Shown here: one piece after another, positions 55,242 through 64,000 of the stretch
Layout of the letters: every line of letters starts with the position of its first letter
Numbering within the stretch: position 1 is the stretch's first letter
Assembly (NCBI GenBank): GCA_023245935.1
Contig: JAHFJM010000002.1
Location: 33,135 to 97,134, forward strand
Source: Candidatus Peribacteria bacterium
GTDB lineage: Bacteria > Patescibacteriota > Gracilibacteria > Peribacterales > Peribacteraceae
DNA length: 64,000 bases
Reading direction: 5' to 3'
Notes under the pieces: model-generated
What the model saw: the letters and a program-made list of their open reading frames with translations, nothing else
Told to the model about the DNA's origin: nothing
The model's database searches: none
Position numbers and translations under genes: made by a program

Positions 55242-56357
55242 TTACAGTATCTTCAAAAACTCATCGAACAAATAATTCGCATCTTCCGGTCCCGGCGTTG
55301 CCTCCGGATGAAACTGCACCGAGAAAAATCGTCCCGACTCATGGCGAATGCCTTCAACTGTTCCGTCATTCGCATTCGTAAACCACTTCTGCCATCCGGC
55401 AGGTAATTTTTCATCCACGGCAAACCCATGGTTCTGGCTTGTGATGATGCAGCGCTTTGTCGCAACACCGTCCTTCCATTCGAGGCATGGCTGATTCGCT
55501 CCACGATGACCGTACTTCAACTTGTACGTATCACCGCCGATCGCGAGCGCGAGAAGCTGATTCCCAAGACAGATACCGAACGTCGGAATATTTTTGGCAA
55601 GAGCCCACTTCATCTGTGCAATCGTCATATCGCACTTCTTCGGATCCCCGGGACCGTTACTGACAAACACTCCGTCGTACTTCAGCCCTGAGGTCGAAAG
55701 ATCGTAATCCCACGGCACTCGATGTACCGTCACTCCCCTCTTGAGCCACGAACGGAGGATGTTGCGCTTAATACCACAATCGTAGACAACCAAAGTCTTC
55801 GGATTTGAAACTTGGGATTTGGGATCAGGCACGTAGGTGATGACATCTTTGCAGGAAACATCCGCCACAAGATTTCTCTCATTCGGATCATCGATACTTT
55901 CAACTTTTAATTTTGCACTTTCAACATCACCATCGTTCTGGATGATGCGTCCCAGCATCACCCCCGTCTCACGCAGTTTCTTCGTCAACGCTCTGGTATC
56001 GATGCCGGAAATTCCGGGAATCTTGTGATGCACCATCCACTCGTGCAGTGAGCTCACGGCATTGAAGTGACTGAAATCGCGACTCTCGCTACTGACGATA
56101 ATCCCCCGCACATGAATGTCCTCGCTCTCGTAGTTCTTGCTGAAACCGTATTCATTCTTCTCCTCGCTCGGCACGCCGTAGTTGCCGATCAACGGATACG
56201 TGAACGTGAGGATCTGCCCGCGATAACTCGGATCCGTCATCGACTCCGGATACCCGACCATGCCCGTGTTGAAAACCACTTCTCCATCCGTATCGGCAGT
56301 TGCTCCAAACGACTGACCACGGAACACCGTGCCGTCTTTGAGGAGAAGTGAAGCCAT
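55242..56357 (-). CDS. carA: carbamoyl-phosphate synthase small (glutamine amidotransferase) subunit
   Basis: FNTGMVGYPESMTDPSYRGQILTFTYPLIGNYGVP...GICLGNQLL...QNHGF...SVQFHPE. Confidence 0.95.
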   Translation of the reverse strand: MASLLLKDGTVFRGQSFGATADTDGEVVFNTGMVGYPESMTDPSYRGQILTFTYPLIGNYGVPSEEKNEYGFSKNYESEDIHVRGIIVSSESRDFSHFNAVSSLHEWMVHHKIPGISGIDTRALTKKLRETGVMLGRIIQNDGDVESAKLKVESIDDPNERNLVADVSCKDVITYVPDPKSQVSNPKTLVVYDCGIKRNILRSWLKRGVTVHRVPWDYDLSTSGLKYDGVFVSNGPGDPKKCDMTIAQMKWALAKNIPTFGICLGNQLLALAIGGDTYKLKYGHRGANQPCLEWKDGVATKRCIITSQNHGFAVDEKLPAGWQKWFTNANDGTVEGIRHESGRFFSVQFHPEATPGPEDANYLFDEFLKIL

Positions 56358-56413
56358 GTGAAATCGACGGCATGGTACAGAAAGAGCCGATAGAAAGAAA
56401 CCAACGTTTTTCT

Positions 56414-56746
56414 CTAAAACTTCGACACAATCGCATCGAGTACCTGCGCATCCTCCGACAGTGACTGCTGCTCCTGCTGTTGCAGAGCTTGCTTCTTCGA
56501 CTGTCTGATCGACCCTGTGACAGTCGTCTTGAACGCTCCGAACGCTTCCTCAAATTTCTTGTACGCGACTGCATATCGCTTCATCCGGAATTCGTGCTCT
56601 TCCTTTGATTCCCCCGCATACGTCGCATCGAGGAGAGGGACATTACTGAGCATCAGCTCCGGCTCGATCTCGCCCATGATTTTGTCGTAAATCTCTGAAG
56701 CGAGCTCATGGTTCTGATCAGCCGGATTTTGGGATTGGCTCTGCAT
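56414..56746 (-). CDS. hypothetical protein (110 aa)
   Basis: A clean ORF just upstream of carA on the same strand. No homology recognised. Confidence 0.5.
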   Translation of the reverse strand: MQSQSQNPADQNHELASEIYDKIMGEIEPELMLSNVPLLDATYAGESKEEHEFRMKRYAVAYKKFEEAFGAFKTTVTGSIRQSKKQALQQQEQQSLSEDAQVLDAIVSKF

Positions 56747-56816
56747 ACAAATGCTTTGTGTTTGTGATATTTTAACATAATATTGCTTATTTCACAATAA
56801 GGTATAAAATAGTAAG

Positions 56817-56839
56817 GATCAGTGATCTGATCATTGATC
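56817..56839. promoter_or_regulatory. two adjacent 11-bp palindromes GATCAgTGATC t GATCAtTGATC (operator-like, four GATC sites)
   Basis: Located in the divergent intergenic region, about 8 nt downstream of a TATAAA(AT) box and about 65 nt upstream of the ATG at 56904. Confidence 0.45.
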
Positions 56840-56903
56840 TTTGAAAGCATCAGGGTCAAAAATTTAACCGTGTTTCACCGTTTCACTTTCAAGGAGAACT
56901 GCG

Positions 56904-58208
56904 ATGAGTACAAGTCTACCGGATCCTGCAGAGGATCCAATTCTGGATGAAGAAGAGCTGGACGAAGAAGTTGAGTTCGAAGAAGAAGAGATGTCTCCAA
57001 TCATCAAACACGAGGATCGCCTCATGAACGTGGTATTCGTGTGGCCGATGATCATTTGGGCTGGATCATGGTTGATCCACCTCGGAAACTTCTTCTACCC
57101 ACTGCCATGGGGATGGATTCTCTTGGCACAAATCCTTTTCCCGATCCTCGAGCTCGTGTTATACAGATATGCCACGACGCTCGTCGATCCGGATAAGATC
57201 GGAGTACGGCAAATCATCAAAGGGAAGAAAGTCCTCACGAATTGCAGGGTCGTCCACTACGACTTCTTCTCACAACTCGCGAGGATACCTGGTGGACAGA
57301 TCATAACCACGACCGATGAACCCGGAGGGAAACATGTTCTTACTAGTCAAGTGAAGCAAACAACCATTGCATCACTGAAAGGCAAGAGCGATAAGCTCTG
57401 GTTCAAACTGAAAATTGTGGGACGTCTCGACATCTGGAAACATCCTGAAACTGTGATCAACGCTTTCTTCCGAGCATTTCGGAAGAGCAAGACAACCGAC
57501 GAAGCCTTGCAAAAGGTCAATGAGGAGGTCTTAAGCATCGCTGTTGCACTAGCTGACGAAGCTTTGCAAAAAGAGGTCATGGAAAATTTGGTTCAAGACG
57601 TGACCGAGGCAAACAGAAGATTGCTCAAGGCAATTTCACCCGATCTGAAAACGATCGGATTTGAACTTCTGCAGGTCACAATTGAGGACATGCGGGACTT
57701 AGTGCCCGGTGGATTCCTCTCTCGTCTCTCTGAAATGACGAGAGCAGAACTACTCAGTCAAACCCAAATCGCAACCGCCGAAGCGCAGCAGAGAGCGATC
57801 TCTGCGACCGCAGTAGCGGACAAGGAGGGTCGGCTCAAGCAGACTTCTGAAAACCTGGTAGCCGTAAGGGCTGAAATGGATGCCAGGCAAGCAATTGCCG
57901 CAGAGCAGCTCAAAGCCTTGAAAGCTGAGACAGATGTCAAGAAGCAATTCGAGCTGCTCGGTCTCCAAGGCTTGATCCAGATTCTGGATCAGGTAAAAGA
58001 CAAAGATAGGCAAGTCTTCCTTTCGAAAGTTGCGCAGTTGAATACTGTACAACTTGTTGAGATGATGAACAAAGTAGCCGAAAATGCCGGACTCAAAGTG
58101 ACCGGGAACCTGACATTGCTTGCAAGCGATGTTGAAAAGGCGACCGGCGCACATGCGCTCGGCGCACTCGCTGAAAAGTTCATGGAAATGCTGAAAAAAA
58201 TGCCCTGA
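56904..58208 (+). CDS. flotillin-like SPFH/band-7 family membrane protein
   Basis: Acidic N-terminus, two TM helices, then GFELLQVTIEDMRDLVPGGFLSRLSEMTRAELLSQTQIATAEAQQRA, which resembles the flotillin/YqiK SPFH-to-coiled-coil junction. A canonical AGGAG lies 7 nt before the ATG. Confidence 0.55.
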   Translation: MSTSLPDPAEDPILDEEELDEEVEFEEEEMSPIIKHEDRLMNVVFVWPMIIWAGSWLIHLGNFFYPLPWGWILLAQILFPILELVLYRYATTLVDPDKIGVRQIIKGKKVLTNCRVVHYDFFSQLARIPGGQIITTTDEPGGKHVLTSQVKQTTIASLKGKSDKLWFKLKIVGRLDIWKHPETVINAFFRAFRKSKTTDEALQKVNEEVLSIAVALADEALQKEVMENLVQDVTEANRRLLKAISPDLKTIGFELLQVTIEDMRDLVPGGFLSRLSEMTRAELLSQTQIATAEAQQRAISATAVADKEGRLKQTSENLVAVRAEMDARQAIAAEQLKALKAETDVKKQFELLGLQGLIQILDQVKDKDRQVFLSKVAQLNTVQLVEMMNKVAENAGLKVTGNLTLLASDVEKATGAHALGALAEKFMEMLKKMP

Positions 58209-58218
58209 TGCTTTCCCG

Positions 58219-58246
58219 TCACCTCCGCCCGATCGGGCGGAGGTGA
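58219..58246. terminator. perfect 12-bp hairpin TCACCTCCGCCC-gatc-GGGCGGAGGTGA; bidirectional terminator
   Basis: Sits exactly between the convergent stops at 58208 and 58250. Confidence 0.7.
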
Positions 58247-58249
58247 TAC

Positions 58250-59518
58250 TTAGAAATCCAACATAAGGTAGAGAACGTTCTTGTTCTCCCGTTTTACGTC
58301 GAGAGACAGTGGTGTGCCATCGGCTTTGAATAACAAGATCGCCTGCCCTACTTCATGCACCAACTGAAACCGCTCCACCGATGTCAGACCGTCTTTTTTG
58401 AATGGTTGGTGTGGATAGCCGGAAGCCTTCTCCTCGATGATCCCGGAATCTTTCGAAGACTCGTATAACGTTCGGAATGCTGCGACACTCAATGTGGAAA
58501 GATTCATAATGCCTGCGACATTTCCTCTTCGTTTACGCATAAACTCTTTGTTTTCAGGTGAACCATCAAGGATATGATTCTCCTGAGAAGCCTTTGGTTT
58601 ATCAGCATCTGAAATGCTTTGCTTTGCAAAAATATCCTCAAGAACTCCCTTCGGACCGGACTGCAATTCATCGTGTGCTCTGTCGATCGTCTGTGCCAAT
58701 TGCTTCTCTTCCCATGTTTTCTGATCAGAACCAATCACGCTCCCTAGATAGGGGGGATTGACAGCCGGAAAAGAAGGAAGCTGCGTCCAAGAACCTTTCC
58801 CTCCGAATAACCTATGATCGATGAGAGGTCTTCCTCTCGTCTTCTCCACAGCCTTGTTGACGGACTGCAGAGCAAGATACCCAAGACCGAGACCACCCGC
58901 GGTTAATACGCCATTCTTCGCGAATTGCGCAAACTGCGAATCTTTCGACCCCTGCCACATGTTTCTGATAACAAGGTACGCAGCAACGACACCTGCAAGC
59001 ATCACCGCCTTCTCCTGACCGGTTGCATTACTGAAACCGTCGACACAGGCACCGAGCGTCTTCGTCACGTTGTCCTTCACGAATTCGATCCCACTCGGCA
59101 GTTCCTGTTGCGATGCCTTCAATCCTTTCAAGTTTTGCTGAGTATTCTTCACAAGGGCATTGCGAGACGGGATGAATGCACAAAGCCTGTTGAGTTTCTG
59201 CTCGGCTTCCGATCGGTCTTCAGGGTCTTGTGTACGATCCTCAAGAATGTGAAATGCATCCACAATGTCTTTCTGGATTGATCCGGGAGCAATGGGAGAA
59301 GTCAGCTCATCGACATACTTTTTGAGATCATTGCGGTTCACTTTCCTGGACGATGCAAAGTGATCGAGCAAGTCATTTGCTCCAATCGTATCGTTTCGCC
59401 AGGTTGTGTATTCCGCACTTGCTGCTTCAGCGTTCGGCAACTCCTCAATACCACCGGCGAAGAACAGCATTCGCTGCTCCGATTCAAAGCCGCTAGTGTT
59501 TGGAAATAATGAATGCAT
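58250..59518 (-). CDS. hypothetical membrane-associated protein (422 aa)
   Basis: Last gene of the 62872-58250 strand run. Two central hydrophobic segments (AVMLAGVVAAYLVI, GVLTAGGLGLGYLAL). No homology recognised. Confidence 0.55.
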   Translation of the reverse strand: MHSLFPNTSGFESEQRMLFFAGGIEELPNAEAASAEYTTWRNDTIGANDLLDHFASSRKVNRNDLKKYVDELTSPIAPGSIQKDIVDAFHILEDRTQDPEDRSEAEQKLNRLCAFIPSRNALVKNTQQNLKGLKASQQELPSGIEFVKDNVTKTLGACVDGFSNATGQEKAVMLAGVVAAYLVIRNMWQGSKDSQFAQFAKNGVLTAGGLGLGYLALQSVNKAVEKTRGRPLIDHRLFGGKGSWTQLPSFPAVNPPYLGSVIGSDQKTWEEKQLAQTIDRAHDELQSGPKGVLEDIFAKQSISDADKPKASQENHILDGSPENKEFMRKRRGNVAGIMNLSTLSVAAFRTLYESSKDSGIIEEKASGYPHQPFKKDGLTSVERFQLVHEVGQAILLFKADGTPLSLDVKRENKNVLYLMLDF

Positions 59519-59521
59519 ATT

Positions 59522-60205
59522 CTAGTGATGACCGGAGGAAGAAGATCCTTTGGAACCGCCCAGTCGGAAAACCGACGAATCACCGCCGAGTCGGAACCAG
59601 CGAAGAGGAGCATGAGCGAAGCCTTTATTGAGATAGCCGAAACCATTGTCGATGCTTTTCCAGAATCCAACTTTAGGTTTATGCACAGGCGTCGGCTCGG
59701 CATCATCGGCTTCATCGAATAATTCTGCAGTCTCAATTTCATCTTCAACTTCACCCGACGGCAGAACCGGAGTTGGTGGAACCGAAGGTGCAGGCGCAAC
59801 AGGCGTCGCTATGTTTCCCGGATCCGGATTTGGTGCGACACTCTCTACCGGAGGAGCAGGCACCGGATTAGCCTTCATGACTTCGCGGAATGCTTTGATC
59901 GTAGGTTCAATGATTTTTTCCGGTGTTCCCGGAACTAGAATATCATCAATAACATTTTCAATGCGTTTTCTATCTGTGACAGTTTTATTGATCTGTAAAG
60001 GATCAGATGAACGATCATATGTCTGGGCACTCGTACGTTTGAACTCATCACGTTTCAGCTGCTCTCGAGCAAAAATTGCATTGACCTTATCTCTCACTTC
60101 ACCCACGATTCTTTCGATATCGTTGGATTTCATTTGATCAAGACCGCTCAGCCAATTCTTAATATCATCAACGGAGCCGATAGTTGGTTCTCTTGCTTCA
60201 GGCAT
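59522..60205 (-). CDS. hypothetical protein with a Pro-rich centre (227 aa)
   Basis: Lies between the surface protein gene and the 422-aa gene, with gaps of 21 and 3 nt. Contains PVPAPPVESVAPNPDPGNIATPVAPAPSVPPTPVLP. Start set to the ATG at 60205 rather than the TTG at 60223. Confidence 0.5.
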   Translation of the reverse strand: MPEAREPTIGSVDDIKNWLSGLDQMKSNDIERIVGEVRDKVNAIFAREQLKRDEFKRTSAQTYDRSSDPLQINKTVTDRKRIENVIDDILVPGTPEKIIEPTIKAFREVMKANPVPAPPVESVAPNPDPGNIATPVAPAPSVPPTPVLPSGEVEDEIETAELFDEADDAEPTPVHKPKVGFWKSIDNGFGYLNKGFAHAPLRWFRLGGDSSVFRLGGSKGSSSSGHH

Positions 60206-60226
60206 CTCCGTATTATAGCACAAAAT

Positions 60227-62872
60227 TTACCCCACTACAAACTCCCTCACCCTCGGGATTTTCAATGCCATCAAAGACCCGAGAGAGCCCAGTAGTATGC
60301 CAAAAAATATGAGGAGCGGCATTGGGCGACTTTCAGACTTTTGAGAGCCAATGGTGATCGTTCCATTCGAATCGCCACTTTGCAGGCCCGCTTTGTAGCT
60401 TGCAGCATACTTGTCGTAGACGCTCGCACGCGGTTTTACAGTCTTCTTCTTGGTTGAGGCAACAGTCGTTTTTGCCGCTGCAGCGGGCTGAGTTCTACAG
60501 GAGGCTTCGGTGCCGGCACTCGGACTTTTACTCATGCAGTAGGACTGAAACTCTTCATCGAAGGCATACGATTCACCAAGTTTCAGCTTTGGATACGTCA
60601 GTGACGCAACGACAGCTTTATTGGGAGAAAGGAGCTCGATATCGTCACCATCATTTTTAAGCTTCAGCCCTACCTGATGCACTAAAAGAACAGTATATTT
60701 TCCCGGTTCAAGAACGCTGCTTTCGCCGAATGTAATGATCTTCTTCCCGATCCGGAGGGTGAAACCCTTCAGGGAAACAGATGCAGCACCGGTATTCAGA
60801 AATTCGATCCATTCCTCGGAAAGAAAAGAACCTGATTCCGCTTTCGCCGAAGGTGAAGGGAAGACCTCTGTGATGAGGATTTCTGACGACGATCCCGAAG
60901 CAGTGAAGTTTTGGAGACCGGTCGTCGATGCGACTTTTGCGCTTTCTGTCAGCGCTCCGAGGTTCAATTTTTCTTGTGGAACATCAACGAAAGACCAGAT
61001 TCCCGACTTCAGACTGATGGCTTTCTTCTGTGCATCGATGTACTCCTGCCTGCTTGCGTACGCAGTGGAGACATCGGCAATCGCAAGACCCTGGAGCAGC
61101 AGTTCTTTCTGGAGAATCCTCCCATCGTCGAGGACCAGATAGGCAAGCAGATTCCCGTCACGATCCCAGACTTCTGCATCAAAAAAGAGTTCAACTTTTT
61201 TATTGTCTGTCAGGGTTCGAACAAGTTCCAGTGATTGCAATTGATATGCCGAAAGAGTCGTCGTATTCCGATCGTCAAACCCTGAAATCCCAAGAAGCCG
61301 TACAGTCGCTTCGCTCTGACCTATCAAGCGGGAAGATGGACCGTCGAAACTGATCAAGAAATTTTCAGGATCAATAATACTCGAAACTGTGCCTTGAAGG
61401 CTTGCATCCTGAAAGCTATCGGACTTGTAGATCCTGTCTTCTTCAGCTTTTTCCCAATGAACCGAAGAAATAACAATGCCCTGAGGGTTCACAAGATCAA
61501 CGGTATCCTCACCGTTACTGAGCGATATGCCGGTTTCGATCTGATAGAGACGAACAGAATCATGCGCCGCGATACCCGATACGGTATCGATCAAGTACCT
61601 GTGAATCGTCTTGTTACCGACGGCAAGATGCCACCCTGCAAGCGGTACGAAAAAATCTTCCAGATTCGTGAGTTCAATCCACTCCTTGTCCGTATCTTTT
61701 GCATTGGGGTTTGGAAGAACACCGGAGATCACAATGACACTATCGTCAAACACCTGTGGAGAGCCGGAAACTCCAGCCAACGAGCTGGATGCGGCTGCAC
61801 CCGGAAATACAGTCACTATTTTGCTTTGTATTAACGTATTACCACATTGGTTTTTCACTTCCAGAGCGAGAGAGAAGACACCTGACTGCGTATAGGAATG
61901 AACGGGTGGATTGCAGCTGTCGCTCCGATACCCATCCCCAAAATCGAAGTGACAGGTAGCTCCGGCAAGTGTTCCGGTGACGGCTGTCGCCTGCACATTC
62001 AATGTAACTTTGGATGTCCCTGAAAAGTCACCGGATTGGAGTGAAATATCGATGGAAAGATCGCTGGTGCAGATGGAGGAAGAGAGGGAGCTTGAGGAAT
62101 CCGAAGATTGCGATGAAGTAACAGAAAACTCTGAGGAAAGCGAAGAAGAAATGAGAGAAGAAGAGGAAGGTGTACTGGAAGTAGAAGAAGAAGAGAGCTC
62201 AGACGACGACAGCGAACTTGCAGAGGAAGAACTCGACAACGATGAGGATGATGGAATGATTGATGTGCCGTTTGCGTAGCCCGGAGTTGCGAGCATATTC
62301 GCACCGCTATCCAAGCCAAGACTTGTCGTCGCAGTCCTCCAGTTCTCTTTGATCGTTCCGGCAACTTTGAAATCAATGCGTTCCATACTTGCCTTTGCAC
62401 CCGGAGCCGAAGGATTGGCACCTGCAAAAGGCACACCGACTCCGTCATCCACCTCATCGAGAACGACGCCGTTTGGATCTTTGAGCTTCAGGCGGAGTCC
62501 GCTATTGGCAAGTGTGAGCGATGTGCTGATGAATGCGGGCTCGAGAAGAAGGCGTGAACTATCCGCATGATTATTGCCGATCACCAGATACTCTCCCGGC
62601 TGAATCAAGAAGTTCGATGGAAAGGTGAGCATCAGCGTTTCCACTCCCGTACTCTTGAGGTACGTCACGGTATAACCGCCAAGATTCTCCGGAGCGCACG
62701 ACGCAACACTTGTATCGCACGGAGGCAGGAAAAGTTCGAACCATTCGTCGGAAGTGCTTACGTCACTGCCTGCCCACATCACCTCGTTGAGAACGGGGAA
62801 AGCGAAACCCTGAGGAACCCTCAGAAAGAAGAGAGCAGTGGCGATGCTGGCAACGTAGAAACGGAGATGCAT
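60227..62872 (-). CDS. membrane-anchored surface protein: 3 lamin-tail domains, a Ser-rich linker, a PKD domain and a staphylococcal-nuclease-like (SNase/OB) domain
   Basis: LTD signatures: LNEVMWAGSD...DEWFELF, ISGVLPNPNAKDTDKEWIELTN, ITEVFPSPSA...EEWIEFLN. PKD: CHFDFGDG...HSYTQSGVFSLALEV. SNase-like: TVRLLGISG...VELFFDAEVWDRDGNLLAYLVLDDGRILQKELLLQGLA...AQKKAISLKSGIWS. C-terminal TM segment. Confidence 0.75.
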   Translation of the reverse strand: MHLRFYVASIATALFFLRVPQGFAFPVLNEVMWAGSDVSTSDEWFELFLPPCDTSVASCAPENLGGYTVTYLKSTGVETLMLTFPSNFLIQPGEYLVIGNNHADSSRLLLEPAFISTSLTLANSGLRLKLKDPNGVVLDEVDDGVGVPFAGANPSAPGAKASMERIDFKVAGTIKENWRTATTSLGLDSGANMLATPGYANGTSIIPSSSSLSSSSSASSLSSSELSSSSTSSTPSSSSLISSSLSSEFSVTSSQSSDSSSSLSSSICTSDLSIDISLQSGDFSGTSKVTLNVQATAVTGTLAGATCHFDFGDGYRSDSCNPPVHSYTQSGVFSLALEVKNQCGNTLIQSKIVTVFPGAAASSSLAGVSGSPQVFDDSVIVISGVLPNPNAKDTDKEWIELTNLEDFFVPLAGWHLAVGNKTIHRYLIDTVSGIAAHDSVRLYQIETGISLSNGEDTVDLVNPQGIVISSVHWEKAEEDRIYKSDSFQDASLQGTVSSIIDPENFLISFDGPSSRLIGQSEATVRLLGISGFDDRNTTTLSAYQLQSLELVRTLTDNKKVELFFDAEVWDRDGNLLAYLVLDDGRILQKELLLQGLAIADVSTAYASRQEYIDAQKKAISLKSGIWSFVDVPQEKLNLGALTESAKVASTTGLQNFTASGSSSEILITEVFPSPSAKAESGSFLSEEWIEFLNTGAASVSLKGFTLRIGKKIITFGESSVLEPGKYTVLLVHQVGLKLKNDGDDIELLSPNKAVVASLTYPKLKLGESYAFDEEFQSYCMSKSPSAGTEASCRTQPAAAAKTTVASTKKKTVKPRASVYDKYAASYKAGLQSGDSNGTITIGSQKSESRPMPLLIFFGILLGSLGSLMALKIPRVREFVVG

Positions 62873-63204
62873 GCCCCCATCAAACCGCAGGAGAACAAGA
62901 GGAGAGAGGCAACATTCGATCCTTCAGAAGAGTGAGGGTGTTTTTGGCTCTGGGAGAAGAGCAGTCGGACGTTCTGCGACCCAAAAGAACAGCCCTCGCA
63001 TTCTCCATCCACATGCTGTATAGTGGACGGGTATTCGCTAGTTCGTACCGAAAAGATCCTCACCTATGCATCTTCCAGTCACGATGAACGCAGCAGATTT
63101 GTGCGACGCATGTCTCCCCTCGGAGCATGCCGGTCGTTCTGCGGCAGATGCGGTGAAGTAAACGGTACGGCGGCGGCAATGTTTATCTTTTGCCCAGCCT
63201 CTCT

Positions 63205-64000
63205 ATGAATATCCCCGTCATTTTCCTCTCAGTCGGAGCAGGTGCCCTCTTCGGTGTCCTTCTCGGTTGGGCATGGTTTTCCAAAGGAAAGAAAATCAGC
63301 GCCTCACTCCAAGGACAGATTGATATGAAGGAACGCGAGCTGAACGGGATCAATATGAAGATCATCGAATCACGCAGCGCGATCAAAACCAATGAAGCCG
63401 AAGCCAAGGCGCATGCCAAAGAAATTCTGTCGCAAGCCCGCATTCAGGCGCAGGAAATGGAACTGAAATTGGAGAAGGATCATGCCCGCACGGAAGAGAA
63501 AGAAAAAAGTCTCGATGCGAAGGTTGCCGAAGTGGAAACGCAGCGAAAGCGCGTCGAAAAACAACAGCTTGAAAACAAGGAGATGCAGGCGGAGCTCAAG
63601 GAATCGACACAGAAACATCGTGAAGCGCTTGAAAAAGTTGCCGGTCTCTCGACGGAGGAGGCGAAGAAACAACTCTGGACGGAACTCGAACATGAGTACT
63701 CTTCCTTCTTCGCCTCACAGGTGAAGGAGCTCAAAAAACACATCGAAGAGGATGTTGAAGCGAAATCCAAGAATCTTCTTGCGGAAGCCATCCACCGCTA
63801 TGCATCCGAAGTCGCAACGGAATCCACAACCACCGTTGTGCAGCTGCCCTCAGACGACGTGAAAGGAAAAATTATCGGGAAAGAAGGCAGAAACATCGTC
63901 GCATTCGAGTCGGCTACCGGCATCGATGTGATCATCGACGATACGCCGGGTGCCGTCGTCATCTCCGGCTACGACCTCGTCCGTCGTTACGTCGCGAAAC
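63205..64000 (+). CDS. rny: ribonuclease Y; the 3' end runs off the window
   Basis: Not in the ORF track (no stop inside the window). My translation reads [22 protein letters not shown] (TM), then a long coiled coil, then the KH region [45 protein letters not shown]. Confidence 0.9.
   Translation, partial: MNIPVIFLSVGAGALFGVLLGWAWFSKGKKISASLQGQIDMKERELNGINMKIIESRSAIKTNEAEAKAHAKEILSQARIQAQEMELKLEKDHARTEEKEKSLDAKVAEVETQRKRVEKQQLENKEMQAELKESTQKHREALEKVAGLSTEEAKKQLWTELEHEYSSFFASQVKELKKHIEEDVEAKSKNLLAEAIHRYASEVATESTTTVVQLPSDDVKGKIIGKEGRNIVAFESATGIDVIIDDTPGAVVISGYDLVRRYVAK

Overview
The window is a densely coding stretch of a bacterial chromosome that uses the standard genetic code: TGA, TAA and TAG all terminate well-conserved genes, and rpoC, fusA and metE are intact. 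I saw no rRNA genes, no CRISPR array, and no recognisable integrase or transposase ORF.

Core genes:
- Translation and transcription: proS (partial at the left edge and missing from the ORF track), rpsB-tsf, glyQS, rpsU, fusA, rpoC-rpsL-rpsG, and rny (partial at the right edge).
- Metabolism: metE plus an MTHFR-like gene and a BT1 folate transporter, ribD, purN, carA, a D-2-hydroxyacid dehydrogenase, a CofE-like ligase and an FNR-like reductase.
- Glycan assembly: an ABC-transporter-type cluster (17.9-28.4 kb) with Wzm/Wzt-like genes, four glycosyltransferase genes and two stand-alone methyltransferases. One of the glycosyltransferase genes encodes a 1221-aa methyltransferase / coiled-coil / GT / GT fusion.
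- Envelope: an SLH-sortase fusion, PrsW-like and S41 proteases, a Cys-rich-repeat protein, a flotillin-like protein, and a lamin-tail/PKD/SNase-like surface protein.
- One tRNA, Asn-GTT.

The gene content hints at a reduced, CPR/Patescibacteria-like lineage, but that is inference only.

Most notable observations:
1. An AT-richer copper/ion islet lies next to tRNA-Asn and is bounded by a partial direct copy of the tRNA 3' end.
2. An orphan Hcp (T6SS tube) homolog carries an N-terminal hydrophobic export/anchor segment, with no other T6SS genes in the window.
3. Two identical 119-bp, highly structured MITE-like repeats bracket an FNR-like/purN pair and rewrite one gene's 3' end.
4. Translation signals are unusual: several TAnnnT-N6-7-ATG leaderless arrangements, and C/T-rich leaders instead of Shine-Dalgarno sequences.
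5. rpoC has no rpoB upstream, and an opposite-strand gene sits between rpsG and fusA.
6. An AT-richer block holds a surface lamin-tail/SNase-like gene in a tight operon with two unknown proteins.
7. A telomere-like G-quadruplex motif occurs twice.

All calls come from reading the sequence and ORF translations by eye. No database search was run.
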